A stretch of 62,621 nucleotides of DNA, filler included, from Chiloscyllium plagiosum (taxonomy: Eukaryota), in assembly GCF_004010195.1 (NCBI RefSeq). It is 3 parts of one record of this genome, joined end to end, with 100 filler letters (N's around TTAATTAATTAA, not from the genome) between each part and the next. Parts side by side here need not be neighbours in the genome. Positions count along the whole stretch, not along the records: positions 49,813 to 62,621 come from NC_057713.1; 2 more parts are not named here. The stretch is one strand, 5' to 3'. A program made the translations under genes and the position numbers. Position 1 is the stretch's first letter. Each line of letters opens with the position of its first letter. The notes beneath the pieces were generated by a model. That model saw only the letters and a list, made by a program, of their open reading frames with translations, was not told the DNA's origin and ran no database searches. This document shows, piece by piece, positions 51,255 to 62,621 of the stretch.

Positions 51255-54145
51255 CTTTGGAAGCACTAGCTTTCGGAGGACTGCTCCTTCATCGGGTGTA
51301 TGACATAGAATTCTCGCAAAAGTTTAGATTAGATTACTTACAGTGTGGAAACAGGCCCTTCGGCCCAACAAGTCCACACCGCCCCGCCAAAGCGCAACCC
51401 ACCCATACTCCTACATTTACCCCTTACCTAACACTACGGGCAATTTAGCATGGCCAATTCACCTGACCTGCACATCTTTGGACTGTGGGAGGAAACCGGA
51501 GCACCCGGAGGAAACCCACGCAGTGTGGGTTTACAGTGTGATGTAACTGAAATTATATATTGAAGAAGGCCCGGATTGTTTGTGAAGTCTCATCTTTTAG
51601 AATGACCATGTTGGTTTCAGTTCTGTCATGTGTAAATCCCAGAACTTTTTTAAAGTTACATTCTCAAGTGAACTTTAACAATAGGTGCCATGTTGATTCA
51701 GATAATGCATTGAAGGTGTGAGATGCCCTGTGTGAGACTGTCTGTGCCTATTGTTCAGACTGATTCTATTTCTAAAAAAGGGATTTACAGAATCTTATAT
51801 AGATTCTTGCAGTTTTTGAGCAAAATAAAATGTAATTCTGCAAGTACAAATTCACCCCACCAACTTATACGTATGTGTGTATTTGTGTGTGTGAGCGAGT
51901 GAGAGTGAGAGATGTCTTGCAGCGTCTACTGTGACAAGGTTGTATGGTGTTGTCCTGAAAACCAGGCAGTTTGCTGAGAACAATGATCTGTTTGAGGTTT
52001 GGTAGATGTTTAAATGCGAGATGTGTAGGTGTGGGGAAGGTCTTGGCGCTCATCCTCATTGATAATGTGTTGCAGGCTGTGAAGAACATGTTGTGGTTTT
52101 TCAGCTCCTGGGAAGTACTGGACAACAAAGGGTACCCTGTCGTTTGCAGCTCATGTCTGTCTCCTAAGGAAGTCATTGTGGTTTCTCACTGTGGCATGTC
52201 AAAACTGGCGGTCGAGTTGACCATCGTACCCCGTTCTTATGAGGGCATCCTTGAGTACTTCCAAGTGCCCATCATATTCCTCCCCATCTGAACAGATCCT
52301 GTGTATGTGTAGGGCTTGTCCGTAGAGGATGGCTGTTTTAATATGTTTCAGGTGGAAGCTGGAGAAGTGTAATGTCGTGAGGTTATCCATGGGTTTGCGG
52401 TCGAGTGAGGTACTGATGTGAGCATCCTTGTTGGAGATGCATGTGTCCAAGAATGAGACAGATACTGGAGAGTAGTCCATGGTGAGTTCAATGATGGGAT
52501 GAAACTTGTTGATATTACTGTTTAGTTGTTTCAGTGATTCCTCGCCATGCGTCCAGAATGTTGACACGGATATCACCATTACACGTGGAGACACCTCCCA
52601 CCATATACATGGTAGGTACTCATGTGACTCAGCCAATGTTGTCTATTTCATATGCTGCAGGTAAGGATGCCCTGAGACATGGTACATTGGCTAGACCGAG
52701 GAGAGGCTACGGCAACGGATGAATGGACACTACAGAACAATCAACAGATAGAGTCTTTCCTCCCAGTCAGAGAACATTTCAGCGGTCTGAGACATTCACC
52801 CTAAGACATTCAGTGACTATCCTCCAAGGTGGACTTTGAGATAGGCAACAACACAAATTGGTCGAGCTGAGGCTGATAGCCAAGTTCAGTACCCGTGGGG
52901 ATGGCCTCAGCTGGGTCCTTGGGTTCATGTCACACTACAGGTGACCCCACTGCACTACACGCATACAGGAATGCACACATATACACACACACAGACACAT
53001 ACACACAGACACACACACTCCTACAGGCACACACGCACACACACAGATGCCTACAGATCCATACACCCTCACAGACCCTCTCATACACTGACTCTCTCTC
53101 ATATGCTAACACATACACTCCCACACTCACACCCACTCATGCACCCTCTCATAGACATAATCCCCTTTACGCTCACACTCACATGCATACACATATACAC
53201 ACTCTCTCAGAGACACATGTACCCCCATGCGCACTCACCCACATGCATACACACACACACACATAGACACACACACACACATATATGTTTATGTGGTGAA
53301 TTTGTACTTGCAGAATTACGTTTTATTTTGCTCAAAAACTCCATGTAAATTCCTTTTTTAAATTAGAATCAGTCTGAACAATGAGGCACAGACAGTCTCA
53401 CACAAGGCTCCTCATACCTTCAATGCATTATCTGGGCCAATATAGCACCTATTGTTAAAAAAGTTTGGTGATTTACATATGAAAGAACTAAAACCAACAT
53501 GGTCATTCTAAAAGGTGAGAGATTTAACAAATAATCAGGTCTTTTTCAATATATAATTTCAGTTACATCACTGTAAACTTTTAGTATGAATTCTGTGTCT
53601 TATGATCTTATACTCCACAATGATGAAGGAGCAGATTCCAAAAACTAGCGCTTCCAAATAAACCTGTTGGACTCTAACCTGCTGTTGTGTGATCTTTAAC
53701 TTTATCCACCCAGTCCAACACCGGCATCTCCAAGTCATGGCTACCCTCAACACTACTAACTGCCGTCTCAAAATGGAGAGGACCTCCAAGAATATCACAC
53801 ATATCAACTCTGACATCAAGTTTCTGCAGAAATGCAGGAAAGATCCCAAAGAGAGTACGGATCACGAATCCACTCAAGTCGACCTACAACATGGGCTATG
53901 CAGAGAGATTTTGCCACTACACTTCTCGCAAACTCCTCAATCATCTTGTGCACCAACTCTACAGCAGGCACCACAACCTTGAAATCAAGATGGAGTCCAC
54001 ACTCTCAGCCTGTACTCAGGATACAGCAGTATAGTTACAGAACATTGCCAAACAGGCAAGGCGACAAAACTACACCATGTACATGCACACCAAGAACAAG
54101 AATCTGGAGAAACTTGGCATCACCACAAGCAGAAGCCAAGCCTAA
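51255..54145. mobile_element. Penelope-like element with inverted structure (minus RT fragment, plus GIY-YIG/CA-rich tail/pseudo-LTR), containing a truncated HE1 SINE at about 51324-51521
   Basis: Minus ORF 52199-52636 (SVSFLD, LHIHRICSD). The strand switches at about 52555. The terminal regions 51257-51865 and 53290-53660 are reverse complements. Confidence 0.8.
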
Positions 54146-54166
54146 TACAGACATAATTTGCCCTCT

Positions 54167-54385
54167 GGGGAGAAAGTGAGGTCTGCAGATGCTGGAGATC
54201 AGAGCTGAAATTGTGTTGCTGGAAAGGCGCAGCAGGTCAGGCAGCATCCAGGGAACAGGAGAATCGACGTTTCGGGCATAAGCCCTTCTTCAGGCTCCTG
54301 AAGAAGGGCTTATGCCCGAAACGTCGATTCTCCTGTTCCCTGGATGCTGCCTGACCTGCTGCGCTTTTTCAGCAACACATTTTCA
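54167..54385. mobile_element. Miniature palindromic Penelope pseudo-LTR insertion
   Basis: 89-bp inverted arms (54206-54294 / 54297-54385, 3 mismatches, 2-nt loop). 15-bp flanking direct repeat CATAATTTGCCCTCT. Confidence 0.9.
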
Positions 54386-54991
54386 TAATTTGCCCTCTCC
54401 CAGTTTAGTACTTTGCTACAAGGTCCTGACTTATTCTTATCCAAAGTTATCTTACAACATAAGATTGTAATCACTATTTCCAAAATGACCTACAGAAATG
54501 TCAGTCACCTGGCCAGGCTCATTAAGCAATACAAGGTCCAGTATGGTTCTTCCTCTCGTTAGACTATCCACATATTGTTTCAAGAAACTCTCTTGGATGA
54601 ACTTAAATTCTGCCCTGTCTAAGCGTCTTACTCTAAGGGAGTCCCAGTCAATATTGGGCAAGTTAAAGTCACCCACTATGACAACTCTGTTGTCATTGCA
54701 TCTTTCTATAATCTGCTTACATAATTGTTCCTCAACATCTCAGTGGCTGTTGGGGACCTACAGTATAACGCTATCGGCAAGATTGCACCCATTTGTTTTT
54801 GATGTCTGCCCAAATTGCCTCAGTAGATGAGCCCTCCAATATGTCCTCTGTGAGTGCAGATGTGACATTCTCCCTGATTCATAATGCAACCTTCCTCTCT
54901 ATCTCGTTTAAAACAATGAAACCCTGAAACTTGGAGCAGCCAGTACTTTCACAATCAAGTCTCTGTAATGGTCACAACATCATAGACCCAT

Positions 54992-57665
54992 TTAGGGTGT
55001 AGGTTTGCTCGCTGAGCTATAGGTTTGATATCCAGATGTTTCATTACCTGGCTACCTCCAGGTAATGGCGACCTCCAAGTGAAGCGAAGCTGTTGTCTCC
55101 TGCTTTCTATTGGATGGGGTTCCTGGGGTTTGTGGTGATGTCATTTCCTGTTCGTTGGGTTTGTGGTGATGTCATTTCCTGTTCGTTTTCTGAGGGGTTG
55201 ATAGATGGCATCCAGATCTATTTGTTTGTTTATGGCGTTGTGGTTGGAGTGCCAGGCCTCTAGGAATTCTCTGGCATGTCTTTGCTTAGCCTGTCCCAGG
55301 ATAGATGTGTTGTCCCAGTCGAAATGGTGGTGTTTTTCATCCGTGTGTAGGGCTACGAGGGAGAGAGCGTCTTGTCTTTTTGTGGCTAGCTGGTGTTCAT
55401 GTATCCTGGTGGCTAACTTTCTTCCTGTTTGTCCTACGTAGTAGTTGTGGCAGTCCTTGCATGGAATTTTGTAGACTACGTTGGTTTTGTCCATGGGTTG
55501 TACTGAATCTTTTAAGTTTGTTACCTTTTCTTTGAGAGTGTTGGTGGGTTTTTGTGCTATCAGGATTCCGAGAGGTCTTAGTAGTCTGGCTATCATTTCC
55601 GAGACTTCGTTGATGTATGGTAAGGTGGTTAGGNNNNNNNNNNNNNNNNNNNNNNNNNNNNNNNNNNNNNNNNNNNNNNNNNNNNNNNNNNNNNNNNNNN
55701 NNNNNNNNNNNNNNNNNNNNNNNNNNNNNNNNNNNNNNNNNNNNNNNNNNNNNNNNNNNNNNNNNNNNNNNNNNNNNNNNNNNNNNNNNNNNNNNNNNNN
55801 NNNNNNNNNNNNNNNNNNNNNNNNNNNNNNNNNNNNNNNNNNNNNNNNNNNNNNNNNNNNNNNNNNNNNNNNNNNNNNNNNNNNNNNNNNNNNNNNNNNN
55901 NNNNNNNNNNNNNNNNNNNNNNNNNNNNNNNNNNNNNNNNNNNNNNNNNNNNNNNNNNNNNNNNNNNNNNNNNNNNNNNNNNNNNNNNNNNNNNNNNNNN
56001 NNNNNNNNNNNNNNNNNNNNNNNNNNNNNNNNNNNNNNNNNNNNNNNNNNNNNNNNNNGTAAGTGTTTCCTTTGCCAGGTCGATTTTGATGGAGGTGAAC
56101 AGTGCTGTTACGTCGAATGAGATCATTGCTTCGTCTTCCTCTATTTTGATGTTTTTGATGATTTTTAGGAATTCCTGGGTGGAGTGGATGGAGTGCTGTG
56201 ACTCTTCTACTAAGTATTTCAGTCTTGCGTGTAGTTCTTTGGCCAGTCTGTAAGTTGGTGTTCTGGGTAGTGAGACTATAGGTCTGAGGGGGGCTCCTGG
56301 TTTATGGATTTTTGGTAGTCCGTAGAATCGTGGGATGTTGGTCCCGTCAGGTTTCATTTTCTGGAATTCCATCTTGTTTAATTGTCCGGAATTGTGTAAT
56401 TTTCTTAGGAGATAGGTAATTTTGTTTCCTAATTGTGGGGTCGGGTCTAGCGCCACCTGTTGGTAGGTGTTGGAGACTGCGAGTAGTGCATTGGCTTTCT
56501 CTATGTAGTCCCTTCTGTTCAGGATGACTGTGAGCCGACCTTTGTCTGCAGGTAATATAACAATGTTTTTGTCTTTTTTGAGGTTTTCTAGGGCTTTCTT
56601 TTCTTGTGTTTTCAGTTTGTTTCCTTCCCTCTTTCAGCTGTCTGTCTGATCGTTTATTGTGTTTCTGCTGTGAGATTGTTGTCCTTCAATGTGGTTTCTA
56701 ATGCCGCTAAGAAATCCTTCTTGTCAGCGTCTCGGTAATTGAAATTTAATCCTTTTACTAGTACCGCTTTTTCTGTGTCTGTTAGGTTCCGGTCTGATAA
56801 GTTCTTTATCCATGCCCCTGTGTTATCGGTTTTGTCTTTTTTTGTGAGTTTGTCAAGTTTTTTCTTCAGGTCCCGATTTTTCTTTATCTGTGTTTGTTGT
56901 TGTTTGGTATTTATGGCTCGTTCTACCGCATTTGTCCATTCTTGATTTGTTGCTTGTTTGAATAACGGTTTTTGGCGCGCAATTTCCCGGTTGTATTTTC
57001 GGAGTCTGTGGTGGGCGTCATTGATTCGTTCTCGGAGCATTCTGCGGCCATTTTGTTCTATTAAACTTCTGGCTTGAGGTGTTTTTATTGGCGGTTTATA
57101 TTGGAGACATTTTGGCAGTACCTGTTTTCTTAAACATTCATGCAGGAAGTACAGTTGTTCGCGGGTGGAACTCTCTCGGATAGCATTCCTTTCCCATCTT
57201 CGGGCAAGTTGTAGCGTGTTGCACCCATAGGTTTTTGCAAGGTTTGTGAAGGTTTGTAGCTCAAGTTGAGCCTCGTAGCCCTACATGCGGATGAAAAAAC
57301 CCACCATTTCGACTGGAACAACACATCTATCCTGGGACAGGCTAAGCAAAGACATGCCAGAGAATTCCTAGAGGCCTGGCACTCCAACCACAACGCCATA
57401 AACTAACAAATAGATCTAGATGCCATCTATCAACCCCTCAGAAAACGAACAGGAAATGACATCACCACAAACCCCAGGAACCCCATCCAGGAGAAAGATA
57501 TAAATAGAAAGCAGGAGACAACAGCTTCGCTTCACGTGGAGGTTGCCACTGATGATGTTACCTAGCCAGGTAATGAAACGTCTGGATATCAAACCTACAG
57601 CTCAGCGAGCAAACCTACACCCTAAACCTCAACCTGAGCTACAAACCTTCACAAACCTTGCAAAA
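54992..57665 (-). mobile_element. Young Penelope-like element (Poseidon-like) with inverted pseudo-LTR
   Basis: Minus ORFs: N-terminal region, RT (PRFYGLPKIHK, LRPIVS, SFDVTALFTSI) and GIY-YIG (NVVYKIPC..YYVGQTGR). Inverted 3' copy at 57267-57665 on +. 13-bp TSD ATCATAGACCCAT (54979-54991, 57666-57678). RT core hidden by the N-gap 55634-56058. Confidence 0.9.
57546..57585 (+). ncRNA. Minimal type I hammerhead ribozyme motif
   Basis: CCA-CUGAUGA-U-GUUACCU(AGCC)AGGUAAU-GAAA-CGUC-UGG. The core is intact, helix II has 7 bp, helix I has 3 bp, and helix III is the palindromic ACGU. Confidence 0.75.
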
Positions 57666-59879
57666 ATCATAGACCCATGTACTGATCCAGGCTCTAAGCT
57701 CATCTGCCTTACCTATAATATTCCTGGTGTTGAAGTAAACACACCTCTGCCCATCAGTATCATCATGTTCCTCTACCTGTCTTCCATTCTGTTTTATTGG
57801 TCCTAACATCTACCTTCCCCTCTGTTCCTCCACTGGCCGACCTGATGCTTTGTTTCCTAGCCCCCTGCCTCTCTAGTTTAAACATTCCTGAGTAGCACTA
57901 GTGATCCAGCTTGCGACGATATTAGTTCCACTCCAGTTTAGGTACAACCCGTCCCTTTTGTGCAGGTCACTCCTGCCCAGAAGAGGTCCCAATAAACCAA
58001 GAATCTAAAACCCTGCCCCCTGCACCAGCTACTTATTGGTGCATTCATCTGTCTTACCTTTCTATTCCTTACCTCACCAGCATATGACACTGGCAGTACC
58101 CTAGAGATTACTAACCTCAAGTTCTTGCTTTTCAGCCTCTTTCCTGAATCCCTAAACTCACTCTGCAGAACCTCATTCCTCTTTCTATATATGTCATTGG
58201 TAACAATGTGTACAATGACCTTTGGCTGCTCACCCTCCCCCTTAAGAATTTCATGCAACTGTTCAGAGGTGTCTGTGATCCTGGCATCAGGGAGGCAACA
58301 CACTATCCTGGATCTCGAATGCGGCCTGAAAATGCTTGTCTGTGCTTCTAACTAGCAAATCTCCTACCACCATTGCTCGCTTGAACTTTGCCCGACCCTG
58401 CTGTACAGTAGAGCCAGTTGTGCCACAGGCCTAACCACAGCTGTTACACTCCCCTGAGGGGCTATCAACCTCTTCCAGCCAATAGTATCCAAAACAGTTT
58501 ACCTGTTAAACAGGGATTACTTAAATTATGTATAATCTTGACAAACAGACCAAGTACCTTCTAGGCTAAAAGAAACCTTCTAACAGCCTCTCTCAATCTC
58601 TCTCTCTTTCCTTTTTTTTGGTTAAAGTAGAGGAATGTAATGTTTGGAACATACTATTCCTTGTCACTATGATCTTTCGCGATCTGCTATTCAGTCATGG
58701 TAACTGAGATGACTTCTCCCAGAATGCTCCTCAGTGCAATCTCTCTGTCACCCTCGATTGGATGTCTATCAAATGAATATCATGCTATCAGAAAAACTTC
58801 TGCTGGTTTTTGTAAGATTGTTGGCCAAACACCGGCACCTCTAAATCAGGAATATATACAGACAGTGAAACAGGAAAGGAGCTAGTACAGGAACAGTGAG
58901 GTAACACCAGTGGGGAGTGATAGAGGGTAAATATGGCAAGGCCAGGGACATGAGCTTCCTTGTAAATTTCCTTTTGTTTCCTTCATGAGTTTGGCCAAAT
59001 AGAAATGAAACCATAGTTAACATTGTTCCTTTGTAGAGAATGGGAGAACACAGAATCATGAGTGTAGTCGAGTTAAGGAGTGGGCAATGGGTTAGGAAAA
59101 GGGGGAAATTGAGAGTGGGAATGGGAAATTGAGTCTTGTAAGATAGGGCAAGTAAATATTAACAATCAGAAGGGAACAGCTGAGACATTGGGCTTGGAAC
59201 AGGAAGTAAGGAAGGCTGTGAGAGAAGAGTAGGGGGCCGATAATATTAGGCCATGATCAACAAAGTGAAATGAAGACAAACAGTGTTTGTTGGGGGAGTT
59301 TTCCTGCTTCTTTCTGGACAGTACCAGATGCTCGACAGAAATCACGGGGCCTGAAATTGTTCCAATCCATGGAGGATTAATCTGGGGATCTGACTTAGTC
59401 AGTAACAATGTGTACAATGACCTTTGGCTGCTCACCCTCCCCCTTAAGAACTTCATGCAACCGTTCAGAGATGTCTGTGATCCTGGCATCAAGGAGGCAA
59501 CACACTATCCTGGATCTCGAATGCGGCCATGAAAATGCCTGTCTGTGCTTCTAACTAGCGAATCTCCTACCACTATTGCTCACTTGAACTTTGCCCGACC
59601 CTGCTCTACAGTGTGCCACAGGCTAACTGACTTAGTCCATCTCTCTCTCTCTCTCTCTCTCTTTCTCTTTCTTTGCAGCAATTCCAAAAGTTCATTTCTT
59701 TCATGAGATCCTTACTTGTATCAACTAGATCCAGATATACCACCAGCACAGGGTATGTGTGCGATTTCATTAAGTACATTTTTCTGATTCAAATTTAAGA
59801 TATAAATTGACAACTAATTTTTGATCTATAGAAATATTGATGGCAGAAGTAACCCCATCACATGACAGAGAATACTCAG

Positions 59880-60763
59880 GATGGTAGCATAGTAGACAGT
59901 GAAGAAAACTTTCTAAGAATCCAAAGGGATCTTGATCAAATGGGTCAAAAGGCTGAAAAATGGCAGATGGAGTTCAATCTGGATAAATGTGAGATGTTGC
60001 ATTTTGGTTCAACAAACAAGGGTAGGGTTTATACCATTAATGGTAGACCTTGAGTAGAGTTGTAGAACAGAGGGACCTAAGAGTGCAGGTATATAATTCT
60101 TCCAAGATTGTGACACATATAGACACGGTGGTTAAAAAGGCATCCGACATGCTTGCCTTCATTGCTCAGTCCTTTGAGTATAGGAGTTACAAAGTCATGT
60201 TGAGATTTATACAGGACATTGAAGAGGCCACTTCTGAAGTACTGTGTCCAGTTCTGCTCGCCGCATTATAGGAAGGATATTATTAAGCTGGAGAGGGTTC
60301 AGAAGAGATTTACCAGGATGCTGTCGGATATGGAAAGTTTGAGTCATAAAGAAAGTCTGCATAGACTGGAACTTTTTTCACTGGAGTGTAAGAGATGGAG
60401 AAGTGACCTGAAAGAAGTTTATAAAATAATGAGTGGTATAGATAGAGTTAATGGTAGTTGTTGTTTCCCTAGGATGGAAGATTTCAAGACTCGGGGCATT
60501 TTTTAAGGTGAGAGGGGAGGGATTTAAAAAAGACATGAAGGACAAATCTTTTACACAGAAGTTGGTGTGTGTGTGTGGAATGAACTTCCTGAGGAAGTTG
60601 CGGATGTAGGTACAATTACAACATTTAAATGGCGTTTGGATAGATAGATGAATAGGAAAGGTTTAGATGAATATGGGCCAGGAGCAGTCAGGTGGGACTA
60701 GTTTAGTTTGGGGTTATGTTCAGCATGGACTGGTCTGTTTCTGTGCTGTATGACTCTATGACT
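59880..60763 (+). mobile_element. 5'-truncated CR1 LINE
   Basis: WQMEFNLDKC, YCVQF.SP, LERVQKRFTRM, and tail (TGACTCTA)2. Confidence 0.85.
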
Positions 60764-61303
60764 CGATTTGGGAGACCTCCAGTTTCAATGTTGTGACTCA
60801 ACTGCACATCTGGGATTATGCTTTGAAGTTAGTAAACAGAGCAATATGTGATGATTATTCTAAGAATTATATTTGCGATTGATAAAGTTGATTTCAGAAA
60901 CTGAGTTAATGAAACTGAAACCTGTTAAAATAAATAATTGTTATTTGATCATGGAGATTTAGAAATTTGATATTAGCTGGAATCTCCAACATATAACAAA
61001 TGATTAAAGGATGAATTTTAAGGGATTAAGAACCTAGCATTACAAAAGATCACTTGTATAGCAGTTAAAGAACATGCAGTTTCAATTTCAAAACTTTTCA
61101 TCAATTAACCTATTGATTAAATAGCATTTTCACAATGCTTGAAGCCTTTAACATTCAGGTGAAGGGATGTGACTAGTAATATTTGTAACATAAACACCCC
61201 CTTACACAAACTCACAGTTTGTAGGAGGCACAGGGTGGCTGATTTACACTGATAAGTCACAGCTTTGAGTAATTGCTGAAGGAAGAATAAACTCGTTATC
61301 TTC

Positions 61304-61604
61304 ACGCCAACGGTCTTTTCTCAGCAGAGAGCGGCGCGAGCTGGGCGGAAGTGAGATTGGAGCGCAGAGCTGGTTGGGAAGGTAAGTGATATATATAAAG
61401 AACTTACCTCGACGCCAACGGTCTTTTCTCAGCAGAGAGCGGCGCGAGCTGGGAGGAGGTGAGATTGGAGCACAGAGCTGGTCGGGAAGGTAAGTGATAT
61501 ATAAAGAACTTACCTCGACGCCAACGGTCTTTTCTCAGCAGAGAGCGACGCGAGCTGGGCGGAAGTGAAGTTGGAGCGCAGAGCTGGTCGGGAAGGTAAG
61601 TGAT
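61304..61604 (+). repeat. Tandem array of about 106-bp CpG-rich monomers (about 2.8 copies) at a CR1 5' end
   Basis: Units start at 61304, 61412 and 61518 (ACGCCAACGGTCTTTTCTCAGCAGAGAGCG...). Confidence 0.92.
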
Positions 61605-62621
61605 TGATATTTGAGTGGGTGTGTTTTAAACCCCAGGCCCTACATAGTAGGGCCTCCCTCCCATCCTCCTCCTCTAACCTAACTTTAAAGTTCACAGGTA
61701 AGCTACTCAGTGTTCTTGCTTTGGAGACGAAGTGTAGAGTAATGGCAGCGCAGGCAGTGGAATGTTCCTGCAGGATGTTTGAGGTAGGGGTGACCACCGA
61801 TACTCCTGCCGACTTCATCTGCAGGAAATGCAGTCAGATGCTGCTCCTCACAGAACGAGTTAGGGAACTGGAACTGGAGTTGGATGAACTGAGGATTATT
61901 CGAGAAGCTGAGAAGGTGATAGATAGAAGCTACAGGGACATAGTTACACCAGAGAACAGAGGTAGCTGGGTAACAGTTAGAGGTGGGAAGGGGAGGAAGC
62001 AGGCAGTGCAGGGATCCCCTGTAGTCATTCCCCGAAACAATACGTATACCGCTTTGGATACTGGTCGGGGGGACAGCCTAGCAGGGGTAAGCTCAGTGAC
62101 CGGGTCTCTGGCACGAGGTCCAACTATGAGGCCCAGAAGGGAAAGGGGGAGAGGAGGAGAGCACTAGTTATAGGAGACTCTCTAGTTAGAGGGACGGACA
62201 AGCGATTCTGTGGGCATGGGCGAGACTCTCGGATGGTTTGTTGCCTCCCGGGTGCCAGGGTCCGAGACGTCTCGGACCGTGTCTTCAGAATCCTTAAGGG
62301 GGAGGGTGTGCAGCCAGAAGTCGTGGTACACATTGGCACAAACGACATAGGTAGGAAGAGGGGTGGGGAGGTCATTCAAGAGCTCAAGGAGTTAGGCTGG
62401 AAGCTAAAAGCTAGGACAGACAGAGTCGTCATCTCTGGGTTGTTGCCGGTGCCACGTGACAGTGAGGCAAAGAATAGGGAGACAGTGCAGTTGAACACGT
62501 GGCTGCAAGGATGGTGTAGGAGGGAGGGCTTCAGATATTTGGACAATTGGACTGCATCCTGGGGAAGGTGGGACCTGTACAAACAGGACGGGTTGCACCT
62601 GAACCAGAAGGGCACCAATAT
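61304..62621 (+). mobile_element. CR1 LINE 5' end and ORF1 (runs off the window)
   Basis: MAAQAVECSCRM..FICRKC..RVRELELELDEL from 61742, then after a frameshift the esterase (VIGDS, CCLPGA, VHIGTND, DGLHLN). Confidence 0.9.

Larger units (their letters stand above)
54399..58500 (-). mobile_element. CR1 ORF1/endonuclease fragment split by a Penelope insertion
   Basis: MGDFNLP..LDLVL (54452-54676) and esterase CCLPDA..VHIVTND (57938-58303) lie either side of the insertion. Confidence 0.8.

Noticed and set aside
52895..53348. His/Thr-rich ORFs
   Set aside because: Translation of the CA-rich microsatellite in a Penelope tail.
55481..56120. Long ORFs full of X in the ORF track
   Set aside because: They merely read through the N-gap 55634-56058.
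61304..61604. CRISPR-like array
   Set aside because: Units repeat in full with no unique spacers, the context is vertebrate, and there are no cas genes.

Overview
Eukaryotic, repeat-dominated genomic DNA from a cartilaginous fish. HE1-type SINEs and HER1/CR1-type LINEs point to a shark or ray; a carpet shark is my guess only. The only host coding sequence I can support is two canonical + strand exons (16878-17060, 183 nt; 18259-18335, 77 nt) of a SrcB-family tyrosine kinase, most like LYN. It has Ala instead of Thr at the gatekeeper position, and a degenerate partial copy of the 183-nt exon lies 533 bp upstream. The rest is intronic or intergenic and full of decayed retroelements: CR1 LINEs (one near full length, one with a tandem-monomer 5' end), HE1 SINEs, and Penelope-like elements with inverted pseudo-LTRs and hammerhead-ribozyme motifs. 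At 34.8-46.1 kb there is a nested stack: SINE < endogenous retrovirus (gag-pro-pol, tRNA-Ser-like PBS, 5' LTR) < Gmr1-type Gypsy (PR-IN-RT-RH order) < SINE/CR1 fragments. Many short, locally templated insertions or duplications are visible, including ERV pieces pasted into the Gypsy element. There are three assembly gaps, two with an artificial TTAATTAATTAA spacer. Most ORFs in the supplied track are spurious or TE fragments. All family assignments come from motif recognition by eye, not from database searches.
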